Below, piece by piece: positions 53,085 through 63,086 of a stretch of DNA of 64,000 nucleotides. The DNA is from Candidatus Azotimanducaceae bacterium (GTDB lineage Bacteria > Pseudomonadota > Gammaproteobacteria > Pseudomonadales > Azotimanducaceae). A program made the position numbers and the translations under genes. Each line of letters starts with the position of its first letter. The stretch's first letter is position 1. Below the pieces are notes generated by a model that had not been told where the DNA came from, did not search any database, and saw nothing but the letters and a program-made list of their open reading frames with translations. The DNA is taken from positions 49,037 to 113,036 of the forward strand of contig CBDBHT010000004.1 of assembly GCA_965205965.1 (NCBI GenBank), in the 5' to 3' direction.

Positions 53085-53825
53085 TTAAAGACGATTAATA
53101 CGATTGGCAAGGAATCCTGCACCAAACCCATTGTCAATATTTACAACAGAAATTCCAGGGGTGCAGCTCGTGAGCATCCCGAGTAATGCAGCAAGACCAT
53201 CAAAAGATGCGCCATATCCAACACTGGTAGGCACTGCAATGACGGGCTTGTTAACCAAGCCTCCTACTACACTCGGCAATGCACCCTCCATTCCTGCAAC
53301 TACTATGATGGCTCGACATTTCTGCATTTCATCCATTCTATTGAAGAGGCGATGAATGCCAGCGACGCCCACATCTTGTATCCTCAATACGGGACTACCG
53401 TAAAATTCCGCGGTAATGCCGGCTTCTTCCGCGATACGCTGGTCACTCGTACCAGCCGTCACTACAGCTACGGAAGTACTGGCAGGCTTAGTTTTACTGT
53501 TCTGGAACCATGCCATTTGTGCGATTTCTGAGATCTCTATACCAGAGAACTTCTCTTGCAGCGTTCTTATTGCCTCCAAATCAAGCCGAGTTGCCAGTAC
53601 GTTGTGACCTGAATTAGCAATTTTTTCAAATGCCAAACTGATCTGTTCGGTGGTTTTACCTGTGCCATAAATGACTTCTGCTGCTCCAGTTCTGCGATAC
53701 CGGTCATAGTCGATAGTAAGACCAAGATCTGTTTCGTACCGAATTGCTCGGATTGCGGCAATACACTCCTGCAAATCCACCAACCCATTGCGATAAGAGT
53801 CAAGAATCGATGCAATGTCCTTCAT
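53085..53825 (-). CDS. larB: LarB nickel-pincer cofactor biosynthesis protein (NaAD carboxylase/hydrolase)
   Basis: 246 aa. N-terminal extension plus PurE-like core: VAVVTAGTSD, VAGMEGALPSVVGG, VIAVPTSVGYG. Confidence 0.8.
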   Translation of the reverse strand: MKDIASILDSYRNGLVDLQECIAAIRAIRYETDLGLTIDYDRYRRTGAAEVIYGTGKTTEQISLAFEKIANSGHNVLATRLDLEAIRTLQEKFSGIEISEIAQMAWFQNSKTKPASTSVAVVTAGTSDQRIAEEAGITAEFYGSPVLRIQDVGVAGIHRLFNRMDEMQKCRAIIVVAGMEGALPSVVGGLVNKPVIAVPTSVGYGASFDGLAALLGMLTSCTPGISVVNIDNGFGAGFLANRINRL

Positions 53826-55018
53826 TGATCTAAGTAAGCCTGTACCTCACGGTCCACGCGCTTCTTCAATTCGATATATTCGATATCGTTCTCGCGAGCT
53901 AATTGAGCAATGTCGTTGTGCTCAGTTTTCCAGCGTCTTCGTCCGTTGGGCATCCAGGCGATCTTGACGCCCACGCTCCCAAAGCTCGTTTTTAGGGTTT
54001 GTTCCTCTTGTGGAAGTTTAAATTTCGTAATGGGATGCGTTCGAGTACCTAAAGAAGTCGATGAAGAGAGTAGGGTACTTATGAGCGTTTGTTGGTCTTC
54101 GACATCGGCAATCACTGAAACTTTGATTGCCGGTCGAGATTTTTTCATCACGATTGGCGTCAGAAACACGTCTTTCGCTCCATGTGCAAAAAGATTCTCA
54201 ATAAGCGGCTCAAATGCTTCCGGACTCATGTCATCAATATTACATTCAATTTCAACATTATCGATAGTTCTTATAGCTTCACTCTCATTGCTTGTTCCCA
54301 ACGACAGTCGTAAAACATTCGGTCTTTGGAAATCCTTAAAACCAATTCCATAACCAATCTTAGTAATATAGAAGCACCGCGGAGGACTATATGTATTCAC
54401 AATGGAGGAAAGGATCGCTGCACCCGTCGGCGTTGTTGCTTCTCCATCAACACCACCTCGGTTCGTTGGCGTTTGTTTCAGTAATTCAGCTGTGGCTGGG
54501 GCAGGCACTGGCATCGTCCCGTGAGCACATTCAACTATTCCGCTTCCAAGTTCTATAGGACCACAGTAGACGTGCGACGGTGACAAATAGTCGATTCCAA
54601 TTGCAGCTCCAACCACGTCCACGATCGTATCAGTAGCACCAACTTCGTGAAAATGAACTTTGTCAATGTCAATACCATGAACTTTGGCTTCTGCTTCTGC
54701 GAGCAAGTGGAACGTTCGAGTAGATATCGATTCGATATTTTCGTTAAATTCAGACTGCTGGATGATGGAAATAATATCTGGTAACCGCCGATGTGGGTGT
54801 GGGTGATCCCGTATGAACGAAATCGTCGCACGTACACCCTCTATACCTTGTTTCCTTCTACGATCAAAATGAATAGTGAATTCATCTTCGATCTGCAAGC
54901 GATCCAAGTGATTTTGCAAATACTCAGCGGGCACTCCTAAATCGACGAGTGCACCGAGGTGCATATCACCGGATATACCGCTAAAGCACTCGTACAATAA
55001 CGCGGATAGTTTATCCAC
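53822..55018 (-). CDS. larC: LarC nickel insertion protein (DUF111)
   Basis: 398 aa. CFSGISGDMHLGALVDLGV, HFHEVGATDTIVDVVG and a C-terminal ferredoxin-like domain, in a single uninterrupted ORF. Confidence 0.85.
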   Translation of the reverse strand: MDKLSALLYECFSGISGDMHLGALVDLGVPAEYLQNHLDRLQIEDEFTIHFDRRRKQGIEGVRATISFIRDHPHPHRRLPDIISIIQQSEFNENIESISTRTFHLLAEAEAKVHGIDIDKVHFHEVGATDTIVDVVGAAIGIDYLSPSHVYCGPIELGSGIVECAHGTMPVPAPATAELLKQTPTNRGGVDGEATTPTGAAILSSIVNTYSPPRCFYITKIGYGIGFKDFQRPNVLRLSLGTSNESEAIRTIDNVEIECNIDDMSPEAFEPLIENLFAHGAKDVFLTPIVMKKSRPAIKVSVIADVEDQQTLISTLLSSSTSLGTRTHPITKFKLPQEEQTLKTSFGSVGVKIAWMPNGRRRWKTEHNDIAQLARENDIEYIELKKRVDREVQAYLDQ

Positions 55019-55026
55019 GGGCTCAA

Positions 55027-56256
55027 TTATGACAACATCGTATGCGTCGCTTCACAAAGCTCGTTGATAGCCAGTCCATGCGTGCACGCGTTCTTGCATG
55101 GTTCTCCCGAACATGATAGGCAGGCAGCAGCGTTTTGCTCAATCAGGTTGTACTCCTCTCGTGCAAGCGTCAAATTTCGATAGTCGGTCGCGTACATCCG
55201 AGTGCGCAGTACTTCAGAGATCTGCACCCCATAAGGGCAGGCACCAGAACAGTCGTTACAAGCGTGTTCACAATACGATCCTGCATTGAGTTTGGCATAT
55301 AACTCCAGTAATTCATAATCGCCATACGCTACGTCTCTAGAGCCAGATGCACCAAGATATTCATCAATTTGATCCTTTCCGTCGTTCATCGTAACAACGA
55401 CTGCATCAACGTTTTTATTGGAAAGTACCCAACGAAAAGCCGCCTGGGCAAATGTTGATCCTTCCGTTTCATAAGGTCGCATGTCGTTCAGCCGCGCACC
55501 ACGCAACGTTTTCATGACGGTTACCCCCACATCGTTTTCCTTAGCTTTTTCTAATAGACGTGGAAGTTCTGGCTGGATTGCAACAAAATCCATTCTCTGT
55601 GTAAACTTAGCGAGGAAGTTGGGGTCCTGTCCGAAGTTGTAGGCGACGAGAACGACATCCGTCCAATCTTGATTGAGCCCGTACTCAAGGCACTCGGCAA
55701 GCCGTCCCGCGTGACCTGACATTCCAGAAAATCGAATCTTGCCACTGCTCTTCGCTTGCTCAACGAATTTGGTCCACTCTTCCGACTGAATGCGCCCCAG
55801 ATCATTGACGGCGTGACACATGTAAATATCGACATAGTCGGTCTGTAGTCTCTTCAATGACTGATGTAAGGTCGCCATGATTTCATCGGCGGTTGTGTCT
55901 GTCCTTGTGACCATCTTTGAAACGATGTGCACGTCCTTTCGTGTACCTTTCAGAGCTTGGCCGAGTGCTATTTCCGAAGCCCCTCCACGATAACTATCCG
56001 CACTATCGAAGTAATTAACTCCACGATCTAGCGCGTGGTGCACGAGACTAATTTGGCTTGGATCAAGCGCACTGGACCCAAAAGAGATGTCTGAAATCTC
56101 AAGGCCCGTCCTACCAAGGCGATTGTACGACTTAACCTTAGACGTCTCCGTTAAATCTTTCGATGCGTGTGCTACCTTCGGTAACAAACTTCCTGTTATC
56201 CCAGATACCGCACTCCATTTGAGAAATTCTCTTCTGTTGGCTTGACCATCAGGCAT
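55027..56256 (-). CDS. aldo/keto reductase fused to a C-terminal Cys-rich Fe-S (ferredoxin-like) module, with a Tat-type signal
   Basis: Twin-arginine-like NRREFLKWSAVSG, AKR motifs (FDSADSYRGG, MCHAV) and C-terminal CEHACNDCSGACPYG ... CLSCSGEPCKNAC. Confidence 0.75.
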   Translation of the reverse strand: MPDGQANRREFLKWSAVSGITGSLLPKVAHASKDLTETSKVKSYNRLGRTGLEISDISFGSSALDPSQISLVHHALDRGVNYFDSADSYRGGASEIALGQALKGTRKDVHIVSKMVTRTDTTADEIMATLHQSLKRLQTDYVDIYMCHAVNDLGRIQSEEWTKFVEQAKSSGKIRFSGMSGHAGRLAECLEYGLNQDWTDVVLVAYNFGQDPNFLAKFTQRMDFVAIQPELPRLLEKAKENDVGVTVMKTLRGARLNDMRPYETEGSTFAQAAFRWVLSNKNVDAVVVTMNDGKDQIDEYLGASGSRDVAYGDYELLELYAKLNAGSYCEHACNDCSGACPYGVQISEVLRTRMYATDYRNLTLAREEYNLIEQNAAACLSCSGEPCKNACTHGLAINELCEATHTMLS

Positions 56257-56640
56257 GCCATAACCTCATTGGTACGTGAAGTTAATGACATAATACTGAC
56301 TTAGTATTTGTTGGCAACTTTCTACGAGAAAGATCTTTGGCCTGACGAGAGCATTGTTTTCAAGACATGCCTTTTTCTTCTTTTGGGGTCGTAATCGTCA
56401 AATAAAAAAACTATGTCAACGAATTGATGGATAGAATAAGTATCGATGATCGTGTTGGAATGAACGCACAGCATCGTTTCAAGAAGTTCAACGACTATCC
56501 TCAGGCATTGTATTGTGATGCACATTAAACGATATCTTGCACGGCATTTCATTAGAGAAACGTGAACACGTACAAGTATTAAATCGCTTCCAACGGGTAC
56601 AGGGCAGTACGATCTAGTCATTTCTGTATTTGATGCTTCG

Positions 56641-57471
56641 ATGCACGTCGCCAACAGAATTATCAGTTCTCAGAATCAGGACGTTAAACATGTCGTACGA
56701 TTGCGGCAAAAACGTTATCGTGATTGGCATCGTCAGTTATTAATTGAAGGCGTGCGTGAACTTGAACTTGCCGCCGTAGCTCGGATACCAATTCACACCC
56801 TATTTATTCAGGATGAAATTCTGAATATAAATGATTACACACCGCTATTAACGAAGATCCAATACGACTGCGGTGCGTCAATCACATCGATTACTAAATC
56901 CATATACAAAAAAATCGCTTACCGAGAAAATACGGAGGGACTGATTGCTGTAGCGGCACAGTGGGATTGCCAACTAGCACAGCTAAGGGTACCGGAAAGC
57001 GAGCTTTTCGTAGTAGCATCATCAGTAGAGAAACCAGGTAATTTAGGAGCGATTTTCCGTTGTGCTGATGCAGTAGGAGCGGACGGAGTCGTCATTTGTG
57101 ACCCTAGGACTGATGTTTTTAATCCAAATGTCGTCCGAACAAGTCTGGGGACACTATTTTCTGTTCCATTTGCCACAGCTACATTAAGCGAGACAAACGA
57201 ATGGATTCTCCACAACGAGCTGCGAACGATTATTACATCGCCAGCCGCAGAGACGTCATACTGGACAATAGATTTGACGGGCCCTATCGCTATTGTCGTC
57301 GGTAACGAACAATTTGGTCTATCCAACGAATGGTTTCAACACGGATTTGAAAACGTTTGTCTTCCCAAACAAGGCAAAGCCAACTCACTAAATGTTGCAA
57401 TGACGACTGCCGTTATGCTATTCGAATCAAGACGTCAACGAGATGTTTTAGCTAGGAGTAACGACAGTTAG
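56641..57471 (+). CDS. TrmH/SpoU-family RNA 2'-O-methyltransferase
   Basis: 276 aa. N-terminal substrate-binding domain. SpoU motifs: EKPGNLGAIFRCADA, VVGNEQFGLS, IPKQGKANSLNVAMT. Confidence 0.85.
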   Translation: MHVANRIISSQNQDVKHVVRLRQKRYRDWHRQLLIEGVRELELAAVARIPIHTLFIQDEILNINDYTPLLTKIQYDCGASITSITKSIYKKIAYRENTEGLIAVAAQWDCQLAQLRVPESELFVVASSVEKPGNLGAIFRCADAVGADGVVICDPRTDVFNPNVVRTSLGTLFSVPFATATLSETNEWILHNELRTIITSPAAETSYWTIDLTGPIAIVVGNEQFGLSNEWFQHGFENVCLPKQGKANSLNVAMTTAVMLFESRRQRDVLARSNDS

Positions 57472-57915
57472 ACTATCCTGGCAGTCTGCGCCACAGCAAA
57501 ATTCCGTCACATTGTTTAGGATAAGTAATTCTTAAACAGTTTGGAATAGAAATTATATGCCTTATGAAGGCGTATTTTAGGAGATTGCACCCTGCCCCTC
57601 TAAAAAAAGGGGAGTGTCAGAGTTTGTTAGCCATCGGTTTTCTCAAGTCTTCTCTGACCGAAGTCAATCGACCATTCGAATAACTCAGTGCACATGCGAT
57701 TAGCAGTAGAATATATTGGAACAGTTGAAAATAGTCTCTGTTGAGGAGAGTAACGGCCTTCCAGACCACGCGTAAGCATAACCCATGATGTTCGGCGCGC
57801 AAGCTGACGCGCTAGATGTCTTACATGTTACATGCCTGAGTAATAAAGACGCTGAGACTGAGGTAGTGCATCAACTTAATTGGAATTATTGGCGTAACTA
57901 TCTAGGCATCGGTTC

Positions 57916-59596
57916 CAGAAATTCCCCGTATAGCCCCAACCCCGCTATAGGTATGGGCTTTGCGCATTGGCTTTCGCGATAATAAGAGCGTAGGCTTATC
58001 GTTTGAGGGTGGATGATAGGTTAATATAGAGTTACCAGACCAACGAGGTATCCAAGGATGGGTGCATTGAAGTTGCGCAAGGATGTGAGCAAGCCCGGTT
58101 TGCTGCGGGTGGTTCGTGAAGTTTTTGAGGCGGCCGTTGAGAAGGTTTGCGGGCGGAAGTTTTCCACCGGCGACTGTCTGATGTCGGGTCTGGCGGTGTT
58201 TCTGGAGAAGCACGCCTCGCTGCTGCAGTTTGATGTAACGAGGCAGCGGCACTCGGTGGTGGAGATGAATCTGCGTTGTCTGTACGGTCTGGCGCAGGTT
58301 TCCTGCGACACGACCCTGCGCCGTCGCCTGGATCCGATCTCGCCGGTGCGGTATCGGCGGGCGTTTCAGCAGGTTCTGCAACGCGCCCAGCGCGGCAAGG
58401 TGCTGCAGCGGATGTTGGCGTGGCGCGGTCATTATCTGGTAGCCGTGGATGGTACCGGCATCTTTTCCTCCCAGCGGGTTCACGGTCCGTGCTGTCTGCG
58501 GGCCCGGCATCGCAACGGTTCGACCACGTACTCCCATCAGCAGTTGTGTGCGGTGATGGTGCATCCGGATCAGCGGCAGGTGCTGCCGATGGCGATAGAA
58601 GCGGTTCGCAACGGGGATGGCTCGACGAAGAACGACTGCGAGCGGGGTGCTTGGGCCCGGCTAGTTCCGGTCCTGGCTTCGCTCTATCGGCGCATGAAGC
58701 TGATCGTGATTGCCGATGGGCTGTTCTCGCAGGGTCTCCAGATCCGGCTGCTGCAGGAGCATGGACTGCGCTTTCTGCTGGCGGCTCGGGCGGGCGACCA
58801 TCCGCATCTGCAGGCTCAGCTGGATCGTTCCGATGCGCCTTGGTTTGCGGATCCCTCGCCCGAAGGGCAGGAGCGGGATCGCCAGCTGCGCGTGGTGCCG
58901 GAGGTGGAACTGAATGCTGCGAACCCCGACCTGAAGGTCCAGGTGCTGCAGAGTTCGGAGCGGCGTGGCTCCGGCGAGGATGCGCGGCGGGCGTTCACCT
59001 GGGTCACCGATCTGCCGCTCAATCCGCATAACGCCAGCGAACTGGCCCGCGCGGCTCGCAGTCGCTGGAAGATCGAGAACGAGACCTTCAACACGCTGAA
59101 GAACGTCCAGTACCTGGAACACAACTTCGGACACGGAACCCAGCACCTGTCGGATACTTTCGCTGCGCTGATGCTGCTGGCGTTCCTGATCGACCAGCTG
59201 CTGGAAATGGCCTGCCCCGTCATGAAGCAAATCTTCGCCAAGTGCTATACCCGAACCGCAACGTGGGAACGTCTGCGCAGCAGTTTCTGTGCGGTAGCCT
59301 TCCGGGCAACTGGCAGGAATTGTACGGCCACGCCCTCGGGATCTACACCGCGTACCTCGCCTACGATACGTCCTGACGGTCAACCGCCTCTCCAGGCTGC
59401 TCAATGAAGAAGAGATCGGGATGTCCCCGAGGCCCCATGCCGCCCTGACGGTCAAGAGACCTGCATATCGATGCCCAGAACCCGTTCCAACGCACAACGA
59501 CATGCCGTGCAAACCGTCTGAAAACATCGGTTTCCCGTACCGAAACATGAAAAGACCGACATCAAGCCCAAAATGAAACTATACGGGGAATTGCTG
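57916..59596 (+). mobile_element. IS4-type lineage C, copy 2 (most complete copy)
   Basis: IRs CAGAAATTCCCCGTATAG (57916-) and the reverse complement CAGCAATTCCCCGTATAG (-59596). A 9-bp duplication CATCGGTTC sits at 57907-57915 and 59597-59605. Confidence 0.9.
58058..59407 (+). CDS. IS4-family DDE transposase (449-aa single ORF; C-terminal tail probably shifted)
   Basis: Motifs VAVDGTGIFSS, IVIADGLFSQ, SRWKIENETFNTLKN. Compared with copy 1 (..AFRNWQELYGHALGIYTAYLAYDTS*), two extra G at about 59298 alter the last about 45 residues. Confidence 0.8.
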   Translation: MGALKLRKDVSKPGLLRVVREVFEAAVEKVCGRKFSTGDCLMSGLAVFLEKHASLLQFDVTRQRHSVVEMNLRCLYGLAQVSCDTTLRRRLDPISPVRYRRAFQQVLQRAQRGKVLQRMLAWRGHYLVAVDGTGIFSSQRVHGPCCLRARHRNGSTTYSHQQLCAVMVHPDQRQVLPMAIEAVRNGDGSTKNDCERGAWARLVPVLASLYRRMKLIVIADGLFSQGLQIRLLQEHGLRFLLAARAGDHPHLQAQLDRSDAPWFADPSPEGQERDRQLRVVPEVELNAANPDLKVQVLQSSERRGSGEDARRAFTWVTDLPLNPHNASELARAARSRWKIENETFNTLKNVQYLEHNFGHGTQHLSDTFAALMLLAFLIDQLLEMACPVMKQIFAKCYTRTATWERLRSSFCAVAFRATGRNCTATPSGSTPRTSPTIRPDGQPPLQAAQ

Positions 59597-60039
59597 CATC
59601 GGTTCTAAGTATCTTGACACTAGACATTAACTGTGTATATAGTTGATAACTCCCTTAAGTTACGATTTTTGATCTGGAGAATCTTGAATAACAACAATAT
59701 TTGTAATATGCTGAACTGTGTTTGTTAGTACTCATCCGGTTCGATGTAGCTAACGGTCGCGTTGTTAGCTCCTAATTGTTGCAAGGTATTAGCGAGGGCC
59801 GAGATCATAGACGATGAATTCGGCGGCGTGCTCTTGAGAGAATCTCTCATGGTATCCATCCTGACCGGGAGCGCGCCGTCGATCTGGAACGGCGAGCCTT
59901 GATTGATCACTCAGCATCGCGCTGGTCATTCATGGTTAAGCAATATGGGCTTAGTCTGTGGCGAGCCGAAGAGGCCGCCGAAAACGTTTAGTAAATATAC
60001 GTTGTTGTCCAGTCCGATAAATTGACGAGGACAGATCTA

Positions 60040-61269
60040 GTAGTTTAACTGGTTTTAATTTTCGGGTATAGATGCTTCAGTTTGGTGCGCGCATCGTCGA
60101 CGCTGAGCTGCCAGTCGACCCCGGTCTGTTCGCGATTGCGCTCCTTGGCCCAGGCCGCCGTTTCCGACGTGACCAAAGCCCTGCTCTCGATCCGGCGATC
60201 CAGGCACTGGCGGTGCAACGCACTGAACTCCAGTTCCGCAACGTTCAGCCAGCTCCCGTGTTTCGGCGTGTGCACCAGGTGGATGCGGTCGTTCAGCCGA
60301 CTGGCTTCGGCCGCCGGGAACGCGGCGTAGAACGAGTCACCGCTGTGGGTGTTCAAGTTGTCGCACACCAGCGTGATGCTTTCCGCATCCCGGTAACGCG
60401 GCAGATTCGCCAGTGCGCGCACTTGCTGCGCCCAATCCAACGTCGTGCGCCGTTTGGTGACAGCCACTCTCCGCCAGCCGGACAGCGGCTCTCCGAACAT
60501 CCACACCGTGCATTCTCCCCGGCGGAGGTAGTGGGCGTCGTACTTCTCCGGCGACCCGGGGCGTACCGGTAACTTCTCGCGGACTTCCGACACGAGCTGC
60601 TTGCTCATCTCGTCCATGCACACCACCGGATGCCGCGGGTCGTACGGCCGCCGGTATACCTTAAGCACCCGCTCCATGCCGGCCACGAAATGATGGCTTT
60701 GCTGCTTCGGAATGCACCACATTTCTCGCCGCCACGGTTTTAATTCGTTTTTTTAACGCCTGCCGCACGGTCTCCCCGCAAATCGATTCGACCACTTCAA
60801 GTCGCACCAGCTCTTCTGCCAGCAGCTTCACGGTCCACCGAACGCGGCCTTCCGGTGGAACCGAACAGGCCACCTGAACCAGACGCGCTTCCTTCTCCCC
60901 GTCCAGCTTCTTCGGCACCGGAGGCAACGGCCGAGGCCTACGCTCCAGAGCCTTCATCGGACCCTGCTCCACCGCCCGCCGACGCACGTGCTGGCAGGTC
61001 CGCTCCGTCACCCCCAGCGCATCCACCACCTGCATGTCCGTCAGTGCCGGGCCAGCACCCCCCTGATCCACGGCTAGCAGAATCCGTGCACGCTGCAGCT
61101 TCGTCGCCGACACCGCACGACGCGTGCTCGACTTCAGCACCGCTTCCAACTCATCCCGCTCATCCTGAGCTAACTCCACCATGTATTTCTTCGGCATCGA
61201 ACCCTCCTGATCCCAGAACCGCTTCCACTCCACTATTATAAACACGTATTGTTAGAACGGGTAGCCTAC
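60040..61269 (-). mobile_element. IS630-family element, copy a, complete ends
   Basis: IRs GTAGTTTAACTGGTTTTAA (60040-) and the reverse complement GTAGGCTACCCGTTCTAA (-61269), imperfect. The TA duplication is at 60038-39 and 61270-71. Confidence 0.88.
60045..61245 (-). CDS. IS630-family transposase in two overlapping frames (orfA 60661-61245, orfB 60045-60722)
   Basis: OrfA has the HTH part (..LQRARILLAVDQGGAGPALTD..). OrfB has the DDE_3 part (WCIPK..VVCMDEMSKQL, LVCDNLNTHS, HTPKHGSWLNVAELEF). The frames meet at an A7 tract (60748-60754 on the plus strand as T7). Confidence 0.75.
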
Positions 61270-61591
61270 TAGCTGCGTGCTTGGTATCAGGTGCTTTGGG
61301 GAATTCGCTATCACGTATGAGCCAAGGTTGCTGAGGTCATACGTCTCATTTGTCCCGATGGTCACGAAGAATTCAGCATGCCACGATTACGACAGCCGTA
61401 GACCAAATCAGCTAACAAAGTGCATAAACGATGAGGCGTCAATGGGGTCCTAAGATCACTGCTGATGTTTGTACATGGGTTAGAAAACACCCAAAAAATG
61501 TATCTCTTCCGATACGTTTCGATACCAATTAGTATTTTGAAATGAGTCAAACTTTATAGCATGTCGAAATTCAACGGCGGGAGGACAATGA

Positions 61592-62023
61592 ATGACTTAT
61601 GACGAAAACAATATTTTTGCCAAGATCTTACGTGGAGAAGCACCCGCATATGTTGTAGAAGACGACGAGCATACATTTACGATGATGGACATCATGCCTC
61701 AGAGCAAGGGACATACTTTAGTCATTCCTAAGATTTCTGCGGCCAACCTCTTAGATGTAGCAAAAGAAACGCTGACGCCTCTTATTCACCAAGTTCAACG
61801 CGTGTCTCTTGCCGTTGATAAAGTTTTTAAGCCAGATGGTGTAATGGTTGTTCAGCTGAATCGAGCCGGTGCTGGGCAGAGTGTTTTTCATTTGCATTTT
61901 CATGTCATACCTAAATGGGGTGGTTTAAATTTAACTATGCATTCACGCACAACAGTTGAAGGTCAAGTACTTGAACAGCAAGCCTCTGCAATTCGTCAAG
62001 CACTGGGCGAAATACCGAAGTGA
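61592..62023 (+). CDS. HIT-family (histidine triad) nucleotide hydrolase
   Basis: 143 aa. NIFAKILRGE N-terminus and HLHFHVIP histidine-triad motif. Confidence 0.88.
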   Translation: MTYDENNIFAKILRGEAPAYVVEDDEHTFTMMDIMPQSKGHTLVIPKISAANLLDVAKETLTPLIHQVQRVSLAVDKVFKPDGVMVVQLNRAGAGQSVFHLHFHVIPKWGGLNLTMHSRTTVEGQVLEQQASAIRQALGEIPK

Positions 62024-62689
62024 GTGAGATGTCAAGACGAATCGCTACATCAATTCGTCTGCGATCAACGATCATGTTCAGACAGAATATGGAAATTTGA
62101 TATAGATCGTGTAAATTAACTCAGTAATATCGTGTAGAACGGGCTTGAGACCGGAAGGCCTTAATCAAGTAATGCTTCAGTAAGCCAACGGTCCCTTAAC
62201 TATAGATTGTCATGAGTAGCGTGAGTTTCTCCATCAAGATTACTTGCATCTTTTGACAGCTGGATGGTGTATCTTGCATGACATATTCGTCAATTCATAC
62301 AGATAGCATAGACATTCCTGATGATGTTGGAATATCTATAAACCACACCACTAAAACCATCAACCTCTTAGAGTCAATGCAACCAGTCTGTGTCGAGAAT
62401 TTCGGACACGATGATATGGCGATGTCCAAATATTCCCATGGCAGATCCGAGCTTACTCACGGGAGGGCGTGTATGACCCTTTATCAATAAAGAAGTGAAC
62501 GCTATTCGGACATGTTTGGCTGGCATATATTAGGGGTGCGTCCGGCTAGACCGTACGGTAGCAAATCTGGCTTCACGAATACCAACCTCCATCATTACCA
62601 TTTACCGAGGGATTCGACAGATTAATGTGGATTTGCCGTTGTCGAACGCGACGCCTTGAAAACGTCACTGCGAAAATCATGACTTGAGG

Positions 62690-62900
62690 AGCTGACGTTC
62701 TAAAAAGGAGTATTGGCGCGATCGGGAAATGCTCGAGACATCTACGACGGTCGTCACATGTATGAGTGTGCACCCGTTCGTATTTCGGACCCAGACGATG
62801 TGTCGGGTTCTGAAAGTGAATGCGAGCAGCTATTACGTCTGGAAGCAGTGACGATACAAGGCCTCATCACACCGGCAGGGAAAGGATCACTCGCTATAAA
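62690..62900 (+). pseudogene. short IS3-family remnant of low G+C (orfA end/orfB start)
   Basis: The frame reads KKEYWRDREMLE...HPFVFRTQTMCRVLKVNASSYYVWKQ*. The MCRVLKV..SSYY.W segment is the conserved HTH_21 start of IS3 orfB proteins. It is followed by a stop and no further homology. Confidence 0.4.
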
Positions 62901-63086
62901 TCTATAGCCGATAAGGGCATTATTTTCGGTTGTGTATAAATTTATCTGCAAAAACGAAAAACGGACTGTAACGACAGACGAATGGTTAGAATCTGATGTT
63001 TCATCGGGAATGTGGAGATGCCTGGACGCAATCCCGCATCCAGGCGCGAATCATTCATGACACAATTTATTGAAAAGGAGCAAGAA

